NCBI GenBank assembly: GCA_965652295.1
Contig: CBFGTS010000009.1
Span: 1 to 64,000, forward strand
Source of the DNA: an uncultured Haloferula sp.
GTDB taxonomy: Bacteria > Verrucomicrobiota > Verrucomicrobiia > Verrucomicrobiales > Akkermansiaceae
Reading direction: 5' to 3'
DNA length: 64,000 bases
Shown: piece by piece, positions 44,609 through 53,988 of the stretch
Position numbering within the stretch: position 1 is the stretch's first letter
Layout: every line of letters starts with the position of its first letter
Made by a program: the position numbers and the translations under genes
The notes under the pieces: generated by a model
The model's database searches: none
Told to the model about the DNA's origin: nothing
What the model saw: the letters and a program-made list of their open reading frames with translations, nothing else

Positions 44609-45162
44609 TACGGCCGCAGCATCAGGTAGCAGACCGGCCCCGTCACCGCTACGTAGAGCCACAGCGGGAACACCCAGCGTGCCAACCTGCGGTGCACTTC
44701 GAAACGATGGGTCAGCGCCGCGATCAGCGTGAACAGGATCGGCGGAAAACTCACCGCGGCCGCCACGATGTGCGTGATCAGCAGGAAAAAATAGACGGCC
44801 CGCATCCCGCCCTCGCCCGCATACCGCGTCGGGTCGTTGGTCAGGTGATAGGCCACATAAGAAAGCAGGAACAGCACGGACAAGCCGACGGCACCCAGCA
44901 TGGCCGCCCGATGCGCGGCCACCTTGCCCTGCTTGATGAAAATCAGAGCCATCACCAGCACGAGCGCCGCCAGTGCGTTCACCGCGGCATGAAACGGAGG
45001 CAAAAACGACGTGCTCCAGCCCTCCGGCAAATCCAGCCGCACCCGCTGCATCACCGCCACCAGCGTCAGCACCAGCGCGGAGACGATCCACGCCACCACC
45101 TTCAGTTTCGAGGCCAACGCCTCGTTCGCCGGCCGCGCCAGCCACTCGCTCCGTTCGTTCAT
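44602..45162 (-). CDS. DUF420 family membrane protein
   Basis: HAAVN, HRAAM, FLLSYVAYH, HRRLARWVFPLWLYVAVTG. Confidence 0.9.
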   Translation of the reverse strand: MNERSEWLARPANEALASKLKVVAWIVSALVLTLVAVMQRVRLDLPEGWSTSFLPPFHAAVNALAALVLVMALIFIKQGKVAAHRAAMLGAVGLSVLFLLSYVAYHLTNDPTRYAGEGGMRAVYFFLLITHIVAAAVSFPPILFTLIAALTHRFEVHRRLARWVFPLWLYVAVTGPVCYLMLRPYY

Positions 45163-45860
45163 TCCGCCAACTCCTTTTCGATCCGTTCGTGCAGCTCCGC
45201 CTTGAGCCGCTCGTAAAGCTCCGGGTCCCGCTGCCGGCCTTCGTCACTGCGAGCATCCGCCAGCGGCCACTTGCCCACCACGTTCAGATCGCGATCGATC
45301 AGCAGCAGTCCGAGGTCGTGCGCATAGCGTCCGTTCGACTGGATATCCAACGGGTCCTTGCGCTCCCGGATCTCGAAAAATCCCAGCTTCTCTTCGAGAA
45401 ACCGGTGCGTCTCCTCCGCATCCTCCGCCCGCGCGAACCACCAGCTCTCCGGCTCCGCGCCAAGCGCTTCACCATACGCCTTCAGCTCGGCCAGACCGTC
45501 GGTTTCCGGATCCACCGAGATACACACCATGCGGAAATGAGGGTTGCTACGGTAGCGATCGTACAAAGCCTTCAGCTCGGCCCCGTTGCGCACCGCGCAA
45601 TGCGGGCACACCGCGAAAAACTGGGCCAACACCGTCACCTGCCCCTCCAGGTCGGCCAGCTTCACCTTCTCCCCGTCCTGCCGGGTCATCTCTAGATCCC
45701 CATCGATCGGGAAAAACGTTTCCACCTGCTCGGTCCCGACGTCCTTCACCAGCGGAAGCTCGGTCTCCGGCACCCGATTGGCGATCGTGATGAAAAACAC
45801 CACCATCGCCACCGAGGCGAGGGCGACGATTCCGTAGATGGCTGCGATTTTGCCCTTCAT
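45159..45860 (-). CDS. SCO/SenC-family protein with CPHC motif
   Basis: QDGEKV...LEGQV, FFAVCPHC, ISVDPETD, distal His AHD..LLLID. Confidence 0.85.
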   Translation of the reverse strand: MKGKIAAIYGIVALASVAMVVFFITIANRVPETELPLVKDVGTEQVETFFPIDGDLEMTRQDGEKVKLADLEGQVTVLAQFFAVCPHCAVRNGAELKALYDRYRSNPHFRMVCISVDPETDGLAELKAYGEALGAEPESWWFARAEDAEETHRFLEEKLGFFEIRERKDPLDIQSNGRYAHDLGLLLIDRDLNVVGKWPLADARSDEGRQRDPELYERLKAELHERIEKELAE

Positions 45861-46651
45861 GATTCCCCTTCCTTCTCCTTGGCAGGCTCCTTGAGCAAGC
45901 CGTCGATCGTTTCGAAAAGCAATTCTTCCAGCGCCTCCACGTTCGACGTTCCGAGCCCCTCCGATCTCCCCTCCGCATCCCATCGCGCGGCCTGCTCGAA
46001 ATCGAAATCCACCTGGTTCCGGTAATTCAGCTCCTTGCCCGAGGGCTGGCGCGCCCGCACCGTCGCCTTGCGGATGTGCCGGTCGCGGTCGATCACCACG
46101 ATCGAGGGGTCATACTCCCACACACCCTCCTTCTTCGCCGGGTAGAATCCCGCCTTCAACCGGTTCTTCAGGAACTTGTGCAGGCTCTCCTCCTTGGCCC
46201 CCGCCAGCCACCATTGCGGCAGCGTGGCACCAAGCTCGTCCGCATATTTCTCCAGCTCCGCGGGTGGCTCGTTTTCCGGATCCACCGTCAGGTTCACGAT
46301 GTGGAAATCCTCCCGGCCCGCATACCGTTCCGCCAGATCCGCCAACACCTTCCGCGTCGTCTTCCAGCCGTCCGGCTGGGAAAAGCTCACCGGTGAAATC
46401 ACCCACACGTCCCCTGCCAGATCGAGCAAGCCGGCCTCGCTCTCGTCCTGACGCCAGACCTTGAAGTTCCTGTCGAGCCGCGCGATCAGGGCCGGCCGGT
46501 CGTCCTTCGCCGCCTCCGCGGCATGGCGATTGTAGGCGAAGAGCACCATCAGGCCACTCACGGTCATCAGCACCAGCAGGATCAGGCCGGTGCGACGGAG
46601 TTTTTTCGGATCCCTCTCCGCGGGCTCGAGGTGGGCGACAGGGCTCTTCAT
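45857..46651 (-). CDS. SCO-like protein lacking Cys
   Basis: QDESE...LAGDVW, LTVDPENE, VVIDRD; no Cys in the protein. Confidence 0.75.
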   Translation of the reverse strand: MKSPVAHLEPAERDPKKLRRTGLILLVLMTVSGLMVLFAYNRHAAEAAKDDRPALIARLDRNFKVWRQDESEAGLLDLAGDVWVISPVSFSQPDGWKTTRKVLADLAERYAGREDFHIVNLTVDPENEPPAELEKYADELGATLPQWWLAGAKEESLHKFLKNRLKAGFYPAKKEGVWEYDPSIVVIDRDRHIRKATVRARQPSGKELNYRNQVDFDFEQAARWDAEGRSEGLGTSNVEALEELLFETIDGLLKEPAKEKEGES

Positions 46652-46669
46652 CGGGCCGCGGAAACTAGA

Positions 46670-47581
46670 CTACCCCCACGCGAACGCAAGACATCCCAGC
46701 TCGATGGGCAGGTACAACAGCGTGGACAGGAACAGTTTTCGAAACGAACCCCGCTCGCCATCCCGCATGAACCGCCCGGAAAGCGCCGCCAGCATCAGCC
46801 CCATCAGCACGCCCGCGCCCAGCGCCACCAGCCCCGGCACGCCCGGAGTCCAGCCCGCCAGCCACGGCCACAGCGGCAACGCCGCCAGCACCAGCGAAAA
46901 CACCGCGCTCAGCAAGGCGCACTTTTTGCCACTCACATCGCCGTTGCTCCACATCTTGTAGCCCGCCGTTTCGTACTCCTCCCGGCACAGCCACGAGATC
47001 GCCACGAAGTGCGGCAACTGCCACAGGAACAGCAGCGAAAACAAAAACCACGCGCCCCAGTCGAGCCCGTGGCCCGGCACCGCCGCCCAGCCGATCATCG
47101 GGGGGATCGCCCCCGGAATCGCACCCACCAGCGTGTTCGTGCTGCTCCAGCGCTTCAGCGGCGTGTAGATGAAAACATAGGTCGCCACCGTCACCGCCGT
47201 CAGGATCGCCGTCAGCGGGTTCACCTTCGCGGAAAGATGGATGATCCCCATCGCCGCCAGCATCCAGCCGACTCCGAACGCGAACAGCGGATCCATCCGT
47301 CGCGATGGCAGCGGCCGGTCCGCCGTGCGACGCATCCGCGCATCCAGGTCCACCTCCATGAGCTGGTTGAAGGCCGCCGACCCGAAAGCCGCCAGCCCGG
47401 TGCCGATCAGCGTGTTGGCCAGCAGCAGCCAGTCGATCGGTGCCCCCTTCGAAGCCAGCAGGAAGCCGAAGAACGTCGTGATCAGCACGAACACGTTCAA
47501 CCGGACCTTCATCAGGACCATCAGGTCCTTCCGCAGTCCCGGCTTCGTGTCCGCCGCACTCGTTGACGTCTCTTCGCTCAT
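46670..47581 (-). CDS. cyoE: protoheme IX farnesyltransferase (heme O synthase)
   Basis: NQLMEVDLDARMRRTADRPLP, YTPLKR, GAIPP, WQLPHF. Confidence 0.95.
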   Translation of the reverse strand: MSEETSTSAADTKPGLRKDLMVLMKVRLNVFVLITTFFGFLLASKGAPIDWLLLANTLIGTGLAAFGSAAFNQLMEVDLDARMRRTADRPLPSRRMDPLFAFGVGWMLAAMGIIHLSAKVNPLTAILTAVTVATYVFIYTPLKRWSSTNTLVGAIPGAIPPMIGWAAVPGHGLDWGAWFLFSLLFLWQLPHFVAISWLCREEYETAGYKMWSNGDVSGKKCALLSAVFSLVLAALPLWPWLAGWTPGVPGLVALGAGVLMGLMLAALSGRFMRDGERGSFRKLFLSTLLYLPIELGCLAFAWG

Positions 47582-47591
47582 GGATTCCCGC

Positions 47592-48671
47592 TCACTTCAC
47601 GTAATCCTTCCGATAGTAGATCTTCACGAACCGCATGTCGCGCTCGCTGTCGTGACCGTGCTCGATCACCCCGTCCGGCTCGGCCGCCACCTTTGGCTTC
47701 AGCCGCACCTCCACGCCGGTATCCAGCTTCATCACCGATTTCATCAGCTTTCGCGCCTTGCTCACCTCGCGTTTGGAAATGGAGAACTCCTCATCGAGCT
47801 TCACCCCCTCGTCCTCCTCCAGCTTCCGCCGCTGTTCGGCGAATTTCGCCTTCGCCTCCGGCGTGCGCAGGGCCTGCTCCTCGAATTCCTGGAGCGAGAA
47901 TTTCTTCTTTCCGTCGAAGTACGAAAGCGCCTCGTTCGCCGCTTTGTTCGACTCCCACGGCGGCGAATCGTCGCCCCCCTCCGCCTCGCTCCTCGGCTCC
48001 GTGGCCACCGCCGCCACCGCCATTTCCGCCACCCGCTTGGAAAACAGGTTGTCGTCGGCGATCGGCACCACGCCCAGGAAATCGCGCACCCAGAACCGCG
48101 ACTCGTTGCCCGCCCGGTCGAAGGTCAACACGTAGAATCCCTTCTCCTCGAAGTGCTCCAGGATCAGGCAGCCCTTGTCGATTTTCTCCGGGTGGATCCC
48201 CTGCTCGGTGTGCAGCTCCAGATCGCCGTCCTTCGTCGCGATGCTCAAAAAGGGCGTCACGCTTTCCGACTTCAGAATGCACAACGCGCGCTTCGTCACC
48301 CCGTCCCACTTGATTCCCTCGATCATCGCCACGCACAGGTCGCCCGACTTGATGTTCGGGTGGTTCGACTTCGAGTAGAGCCGCGTCGCGATCGCCTGTC
48401 CGTTTTCCAGCAACGAGCCCGGTTCCGCGAAAACCGTCTTCGCCACCTGGTTCATCTCGTGTTTTTCCAGCGCACTGTGGTGCTGGAAGCGCTGGCCTTG
48501 CAGCGACCGGAACGGCCGCGTGAAAATCCCCGAGAGCAGCCCCTGATCGTCGGCATCCACCTCGAACACCTGCTTCGACGTCTGCAAGGGCTCGTCCCGC
48601 GACGGATTCCCCACCTTCGCCAGCACCAGGCCCGCGATGCGGGCATCCTCAAATTCCAGTCTCAACTGCAC
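47592..48671 (-). CDS. nucleoid-associated protein (NA37/YejK-like)
   Basis: KVGN, LYSKSNHPNIKSGDL, ILKSE, KIDKGCLI, FWVRDFL, KLDTG; GTG start approximate. Confidence 0.7.
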   Translation of the reverse strand: MQLRLEFEDARIAGLVLAKVGNPSRDEPLQTSKQVFEVDADDQGLLSGIFTRPFRSLQGQRFQHHSALEKHEMNQVAKTVFAEPGSLLENGQAIATRLYSKSNHPNIKSGDLCVAMIEGIKWDGVTKRALCILKSESVTPFLSIATKDGDLELHTEQGIHPEKIDKGCLILEHFEEKGFYVLTFDRAGNESRFWVRDFLGVVPIADDNLFSKRVAEMAVAAVATEPRSEAEGGDDSPPWESNKAANEALSYFDGKKKFSLQEFEEQALRTPEAKAKFAEQRRKLEEDEGVKLDEEFSISKREVSKARKLMKSVMKLDTGVEVRLKPKVAAEPDGVIEHGHDSERDMRFVKIYYRKDYVK

Positions 48672-48737
48672 GCGCACCCCTACCGGCCCCCACCCTCCGG
48701 CGAAAGGGAAATCTGGAGCCGGCGTGGCGGGGAAACC

Positions 48738-49175
48738 ATGACCGTCATTTCCTCCGTGCTCCTCTGCTGCGTCTTCGCCGCCGTCGGTGCTTATGGGGCA
48801 CAGCCGTCGGGCCTGCCGAAGGCCGATCCAGCCAATAAGGAGCATGTGATCCAGCCAAAGGTGCCGGATATCACCCACAAAGTGGATTCCGACGAGCTGC
48901 GGGTGTGGTATCTGGCGAAGGGCACGCGATCCGAGGGCGTCCATGGAGCCCTCGTCCATGGAGCCCTGCGCGTGGAGGGAGATTGGGTCGAGAGAACGGA
49001 GATCGGGGAGTCGATCACGTGCAAGTCGGGATGGCTGCCGAAGGACCTTTCGACGGTGTTTCCGAGCCGGGCGAAAAAAACCAGCCGGGAGCGGACATGC
49101 AGCGACCGTGATTTTCCAAAAGCCACAGTTTTGCCAACGTCCGCCTGCGCTCCTCACTTGCCTGGCGCGGCTTGA
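48738..49175 (+). CDS. possible small secreted protein, may be decayed
   Basis: Signal-like N-terminus, internal 15-bp tandem duplication, unconvincing C-terminus. Confidence 0.4.
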   Translation: MTVISSVLLCCVFAAVGAYGAQPSGLPKADPANKEHVIQPKVPDITHKVDSDELRVWYLAKGTRSEGVHGALVHGALRVEGDWVERTEIGESITCKSGWLPKDLSTVFPSRAKKTSRERTCSDRDFPKATVLPTSACAPHLPGAA

Positions 49176-49193
49176 GCTGGCCTGCTGGGACTC

Positions 49194-50189
49194 ATGAAAG
49201 TCGCCGTCTTTTCAACCAAACCCCACGACCGGAAGTCGTTCACGGAGGCGGATGCGGGTCATGAGTTCGTGTTTTACGAGAACCGTCTGCGGAGCGAAAC
49301 GGCGGGCCTGGCGGAAGGTTGCGAGGCGGTGTGTGCGTTCGTGAACGACGAACTGGATGAGCCGGCGTTGGCCGGGCTGGCGGCGTGCGGGGTGAAGCTG
49401 GTGGCACTGCGCTGCGCGGGATTCAACAACGTGGATCTGGCGGCGGCGGAGAAGCTCGGCATCCGGGTGATGCGGGTGCCGGAATACTCACCGCATGCGG
49501 TGGCGGAGTATTGCCTGGGCCTGCTGCTGGCGGCGAACCGACACATCCACAAAGCCTACAGCCGCGTCCGGGAGGGGAACTTCGAGTTGAAGGGACTGCT
49601 GGGCTTCGACCTCCACGGCAAGACGGTGGGAGTGGTCGGCACGGGGAGGATCGGGCGGATTTTCTGCCAACTGCTCAGTGGCTTCGGCTGCCGGATCCTG
49701 GCCTGCGATCCCTACCCGCAGAAAGACGCGATCGACGCCGGGGCGGAGTATGTGGAGCTGGACCGGCTGCTGGTGGAATCGCACGTGATCACGCTGCACT
49801 GCCCGCTGACGCCCGAGACGCATCACCTGATCGATGACACCGCGCTCGCGCAGTGCCGGGACGGAGTGCTCTTGGTGAACACCTCGCGCGGCGGTTTGGT
49901 GGACACGGAGGCGGTGATCCGGCATCTGAAATCGCGCAAAATCGGAGGACTGGCACTGGATGTGTATGAGGAGGAGTCGGGAATCTTTTTCGAGAACCTG
50001 AGCGACGAGGTGATCGATGACGACGTGCTGATGCGCCTGATGACTTTCCCGAACGTGCTCGTGACCTCGCATCAGGCGTTCTTCACCACGGAGGCGCTTG
50101 AGAACATCACGCGGGTGACGCTGGGAAATCTCGATGCTTTCGCCCGCGGGGAACCAGAGGTGGAAACCGAGGTGAGGAGAGTGGACTGA
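49194..50189 (+). CDS. ldhA: D-lactate dehydrogenase / D-2-hydroxyacid dehydrogenase
   Basis: RCAGFNNVDL, YSPHAVAE, GTGRIG, LHCPL, NTSRG, DVYEEE, HQAFFT. Confidence 0.9.
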   Translation: MKVAVFSTKPHDRKSFTEADAGHEFVFYENRLRSETAGLAEGCEAVCAFVNDELDEPALAGLAACGVKLVALRCAGFNNVDLAAAEKLGIRVMRVPEYSPHAVAEYCLGLLLAANRHIHKAYSRVREGNFELKGLLGFDLHGKTVGVVGTGRIGRIFCQLLSGFGCRILACDPYPQKDAIDAGAEYVELDRLLVESHVITLHCPLTPETHHLIDDTALAQCRDGVLLVNTSRGGLVDTEAVIRHLKSRKIGGLALDVYEEESGIFFENLSDEVIDDDVLMRLMTFPNVLVTSHQAFFTTEALENITRVTLGNLDAFARGEPEVETEVRRVD

Positions 50190-50263
50190 AACGCGGAGGC
50201 TGCGCGCAGGTCGGGGGAAAAAGGAGAAAGGAAAAACAGAGACGCCGAATTGCCGGCCTTCCC

Positions 50264-51058
50264 TTATTTGAAAGTAAGCTCAAAGCGGGCTTCGCCGTTG
50301 GGGTCCTTCTCAGGTTGGTGGATCCAGTTCACGCTCATGCTCTGGTATGCGCGCTTTTCGCCGCCGGTCCAGATCTCGAAATGCCCGCCGGGGCCGGCGA
50401 TCATGTCGAGGCGTCCCTCGTAGGACTCCATGTCGATCCGAACCGCCGAGAAGCCGTCCTGCGTGAACTCATCGCCATCGACCATGTCCCAACCATCGAG
50501 CTTCTCCTTTTCGCCGCCGACGCGGATGAAATCGTAGCGATCGTCGCCGGTTTTATCCTCTAGCTTGTCCTCGTCCTTCTCGCGGTAGTGCAGGTTGGGC
50601 ATCTTCGCCCTGACGCCGAACCTGAGCTTTTCACCCGCGAGCGTCCCCTCCTCCACCAACCGCCCGCCCATGCGGATGGTGGCGCCATCGATTTCGATGG
50701 CGACCTCGAAGACCGCGCCACCGGTGACGGTCCCTCGGTAGGAGATCTTTTCCGCCTCGTCGCTGGCCTCGGTTTGCGCCGCCCAGCCGTTCATCTCGAT
50801 CTTTTTGGTAATGGGGCCGCGGCCTTCGCGCACGACCTCGATCACGGGGGTGAGTCGGATCCAGTTCTTGTTATAGATCGTCTCGTCGCGATTCTTCATC
50901 GGCATGAGATAGGCCTCACCCTCGCGATTGACGCCGAAGCGGAATTTCCTCGTCTCGTACCCGGCGAACCACCCGGTCCAAGGCTTGTCATCGAGCTGCG
51001 GAAGCATGTCGGCGTGGGCCAGACTGGCGAGGAGTAGCGAAAACACCGCGATCTTCAT
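50264..51058 (-). CDS. secreted hypothetical beta-rich protein
   Basis: Signal peptide MKIAVFSLLLASLAHA. Confidence 0.8.
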   Translation of the reverse strand: MKIAVFSLLLASLAHADMLPQLDDKPWTGWFAGYETRKFRFGVNREGEAYLMPMKNRDETIYNKNWIRLTPVIEVVREGRGPITKKIEMNGWAAQTEASDEAEKISYRGTVTGGAVFEVAIEIDGATIRMGGRLVEEGTLAGEKLRFGVRAKMPNLHYREKDEDKLEDKTGDDRYDFIRVGGEKEKLDGWDMVDGDEFTQDGFSAVRIDMESYEGRLDMIAGPGGHFEIWTGGEKRAYQSMSVNWIHQPEKDPNGEARFELTFK

Positions 51059-51150
51059 TCCGGCCAATCAAGTGCAGATGGCATGCCGTGGCCAGCCCTG
51101 AGTCGAAGCTATGCCTTGGACGGGCGTGGCGACTTTGCCACACTCGCCGC

Positions 51151-51438
51151 ATGACTGCCGACAAGCTGGCGCGAGCCGCCGCACTCCCTTCTGGCATCTC
51201 CTCCGCTGCCCGGGCGCTGTGGCTGGCGCGAAACGGGAGCTGGGACTCAGCTCACGATCTCTGCCAGGAAATCGCGGGCGCGGAGGGTGCCTGGATCCAC
51301 GCCTGGCTGCATCGGCAGGAGGGCGACTACGCCAACGCCTGCTACTGGTATGCCCGTGCCGGAAAACCGGCGTCGGCAGAGGACGCGCCGCTTGATGAAG
51401 AGTGGCAGGAAATCGCCCGTGAAGTCTGCGGCGGCTGA
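51151..51438 (+). CDS. small conserved hypothetical helical protein
   Basis: WDSAH...WIHAWLHRQEGDYANACYWY, a pattern I recall from a widespread uncharacterised family. Confidence 0.75.
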   Translation: MTADKLARAAALPSGISSAARALWLARNGSWDSAHDLCQEIAGAEGAWIHAWLHRQEGDYANACYWYARAGKPASAEDAPLDEEWQEIAREVCGG

Positions 51439-51444
51439 CGGCGT

Positions 51445-51870
51445 TCACTCAAAGAACCCGTGCCCCTTTTCCAGCTCGCGGCGGTTGCGCTTCGTGGGCC
51501 TCCCTTGGTCGCCCTCCTTGCGGGTCGAGCGGGCCTCCCGCCACAACCGGCGGCTTTCCTCCACGTCCGGCGGCGTCAGCTCCTCGCAGGCGTCGCGGGC
51601 CTGAGGGGCAGCCACGCGGCGATCAATCAGCGCCAGCACCTTCACCACGCGGGTCCCCGGCCCTTCGGGAAACGGAAGTTCGATCGTTTCACCGCCTCGC
51701 AGCATGCTTGAGGCTTTCATTTCCCTGCCCTCGCATTTCACCCGCCCGCTCTGACATGCCCGAGCGGCGATTCCCCGGGTTTTGAACAGCCGGACGGCCC
51801 ACATCCACTTGTCGAGACGCACGCTTTCCACGCCGGAAGGCTCTTCCGAAACCCGCTGGCGCTCAAGCAC
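51445..51870 (-). CDS. hslR: S4-domain ribosome-associated heat shock protein Hsp15
   Basis: RLDKWMWAVRLFKTR, GRPTKRNRR; start may instead be the GTG at 51831. Confidence 0.88.
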   Translation of the reverse strand: MLERQRVSEEPSGVESVRLDKWMWAVRLFKTRGIAARACQSGRVKCEGREMKASSMLRGGETIELPFPEGPGTRVVKVLALIDRRVAAPQARDACEELTPPDVEESRRLWREARSTRKEGDQGRPTKRNRRELEKGHGFFE

Positions 51871-52012
51871 CTCCTTTCCCCGCTCCTACCTGCTGATAAG
51901 AACCCATTCTTTAATGTCCCGCAGAACGCTTGCGGGCCGCGCGGGAATCTCCTTACATCCGCCTTCGACCCGGACCTCCGGCTCGTTTCGCAAACCTAAA
52001 ACTCAACCAACC

Positions 52013-53893
52013 ATGGAGACCCTCGATTGGATTGTCATCGCCGCCTACTTCGGCCTCATCGGATACATCGCCTGGTGGTACGGCCGCCAACAGAAGGACA
52101 CCACCGACTTCTTCCTCGCCGGCCGGAACGCCGGCTGGATCACGATCGGCGCCTCGATCTTCACCTCGAACATCGGCTCGGAGCACATCGTCGGCCTCGC
52201 GGGTCAGGGTGCCGCCACCGGCATGGCCATGGCGCACTGGGAACTCCACGCCTGGGTGCTCATCATGCTCGCCGGACTATTCGTCCCGTTCTACTACAAG
52301 TCGGGGGTCGAAACGATTCCGCAGTTCCTTGAGAAACGCTTCAATGCCCGCGCCCGCTGGGTGCTTTCGGTCGTTTCGCTCGTCGCCTACATCTTCACCA
52401 AGGTCAGCGTCACCGTCTACGCCGGCGCGATCGTCTTCAAGGCCCTCCTCCCCGAGGTGAACCTGACCATCGGCGGCATCTTCCTCGACGCCTTCTGGAT
52501 CGGTGCCTTCACCACGGTGATCATCACCGGCCTCTACACGGTCTTCGGCGGCATGCGCGCCATCATGGCCACCTCCACACCTCAGGCGATCGTGATCCTC
52601 TTCGGCTCCGCCGTCATCACCTCCATCGGCCTCGCCCGCCTCGGCGGTGGCGAGGGCATCGGTGCCGGCTGGACGGAAATGGTCACCGCCGCCAAGGGCA
52701 ACGCCGACAACTTCGCTCTCTGGCGCCCGCTCTCCGACCCGGACTTCCCGTGGCTCGGCGTGCTCATCGCCTCTCCGATCATCGGCATCTGGTACTGGTG
52801 TACCGACCAATACATCGTCCAGCGGACCCTTACCGCCAAAGACCTCGCAACCGCCCGCCGCGGTGCCCTCTTCGGCGGTCTGCTCAAGGTCTGGCCCGTG
52901 CTGATTTTCCTGATTCCCGGCATGATCGGTTGGACGCTCGACAAGAACTTCAACCGCGGTGCCGCCGACCCGATGGCCCAGCAAACCTTCCCCACCGACC
53001 TTTCGAAGGAAGAGGAAACCATGGCGGAACTCGCCCTGAACTCCCGCCTCCGCGAACTGAACGACACGGTGAACGACAACGGAGAGAAGGGCTTCTTCAT
53101 CCAGCGCGAACTCCGGGACACCAAGATCGATGGCGAAACGGTCAAGGCCTTCACCATCCAGGGCGACCAGGTTTTCCCGACGCTCGTGACCTCGCTGCTG
53201 CCGACCGGTGTCCGTGGCCTGATCGTCGCCTGTCTTCTGGCCGCGCTGATGAGTTCGCTCGCCTCGCTTTTCAACTCCAGCGCCGCGCTCTTCACCGTGG
53301 ACATCTACGAGAAGCTCCGTCCGGGCAAATCACAGAAGCACCTGCTGACCGTCGGCCGCGTCGCCACCGTGGTGGTCGTGGGCGTCGGCATGATCTGGAT
53401 TCCGGTCATGGCCAAGGTCTCCGACGGCGGCCTCTACCAGTATCTCCAGAGCGTGCAAGGCTACCTTGCTCCGCCGATCACCGCCGTGTTCCTGCTCGGC
53501 CTGTTCTGGAAACGCACCAACGCCGCCGGTGCCGTCGCCGCGCTGGTGGTCGGCTTCTTGCTCGGCATGATCAAGCTGACGCTCCAGTCGTTCTTCGGCG
53601 CGGCAGAAGGTAAGATGAGCGACCCCGCCTTCCTCGCGGCCATCGGTGACTTCAACTTCCTCTACGCCACCGGCGTGCTGATGCTGATCAGCGTGGTCGT
53701 CATGATCGTCGTTTCGCTCATGACCCCGCCACCGACCGAAGATCAAACCCGCGGCCTCACCTACGGCTCGATCCACCACCTGGCCGAGGACGAAATCAAA
53801 GGCAGTTGGAATCTTGGCAACAAGGTGCTCGTCGGCCTGATCCTGCTCCTCGTCGGAGGCATGTATCTCTACTTCAGCTTCTGGCTGAAGTAA
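52013..53893 (+). CDS. sodium:solute symporter (SGLT-like sugar transporter)
   Basis: FFLAGR, NIGSEH, WYWCTDQYIVQR, AALMSSL, many TM helices. Confidence 0.93.
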   Translation: METLDWIVIAAYFGLIGYIAWWYGRQQKDTTDFFLAGRNAGWITIGASIFTSNIGSEHIVGLAGQGAATGMAMAHWELHAWVLIMLAGLFVPFYYKSGVETIPQFLEKRFNARARWVLSVVSLVAYIFTKVSVTVYAGAIVFKALLPEVNLTIGGIFLDAFWIGAFTTVIITGLYTVFGGMRAIMATSTPQAIVILFGSAVITSIGLARLGGGEGIGAGWTEMVTAAKGNADNFALWRPLSDPDFPWLGVLIASPIIGIWYWCTDQYIVQRTLTAKDLATARRGALFGGLLKVWPVLIFLIPGMIGWTLDKNFNRGAADPMAQQTFPTDLSKEEETMAELALNSRLRELNDTVNDNGEKGFFIQRELRDTKIDGETVKAFTIQGDQVFPTLVTSLLPTGVRGLIVACLLAALMSSLASLFNSSAALFTVDIYEKLRPGKSQKHLLTVGRVATVVVVGVGMIWIPVMAKVSDGGLYQYLQSVQGYLAPPITAVFLLGLFWKRTNAAGAVAALVVGFLLGMIKLTLQSFFGAAEGKMSDPAFLAAIGDFNFLYATGVLMLISVVVMIVVSLMTPPPTEDQTRGLTYGSIHHLAEDEIKGSWNLGNKVLVGLILLLVGGMYLYFSFWLK

Positions 53894-53920
53894 TTGGGCT
53901 TCGCGATTTCCGAACCTCCC

Positions 53921-53956
53921 AGAGCCGGTCCATCTCGGACCGGCTCTTTTCGTTTT
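53921..53956 (+). terminator. intrinsic terminator
   Basis: Perfect 11-bp stem AGAGCCGGTCC/GGACCGGCTCT followed by TTTCGTTTT. Confidence 0.8.
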
Positions 53957-53988
53957 GCAGACGGGCTCTCCCGGTTAGCGTGGCCATC

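Noticed and set aside
47241..49175. 644-aa plus-strand ORF
   Set aside because: The first ~500 codons are antisense to cyoE and the nucleoid-associated gene; only 48738-49175 is plausibly coding.
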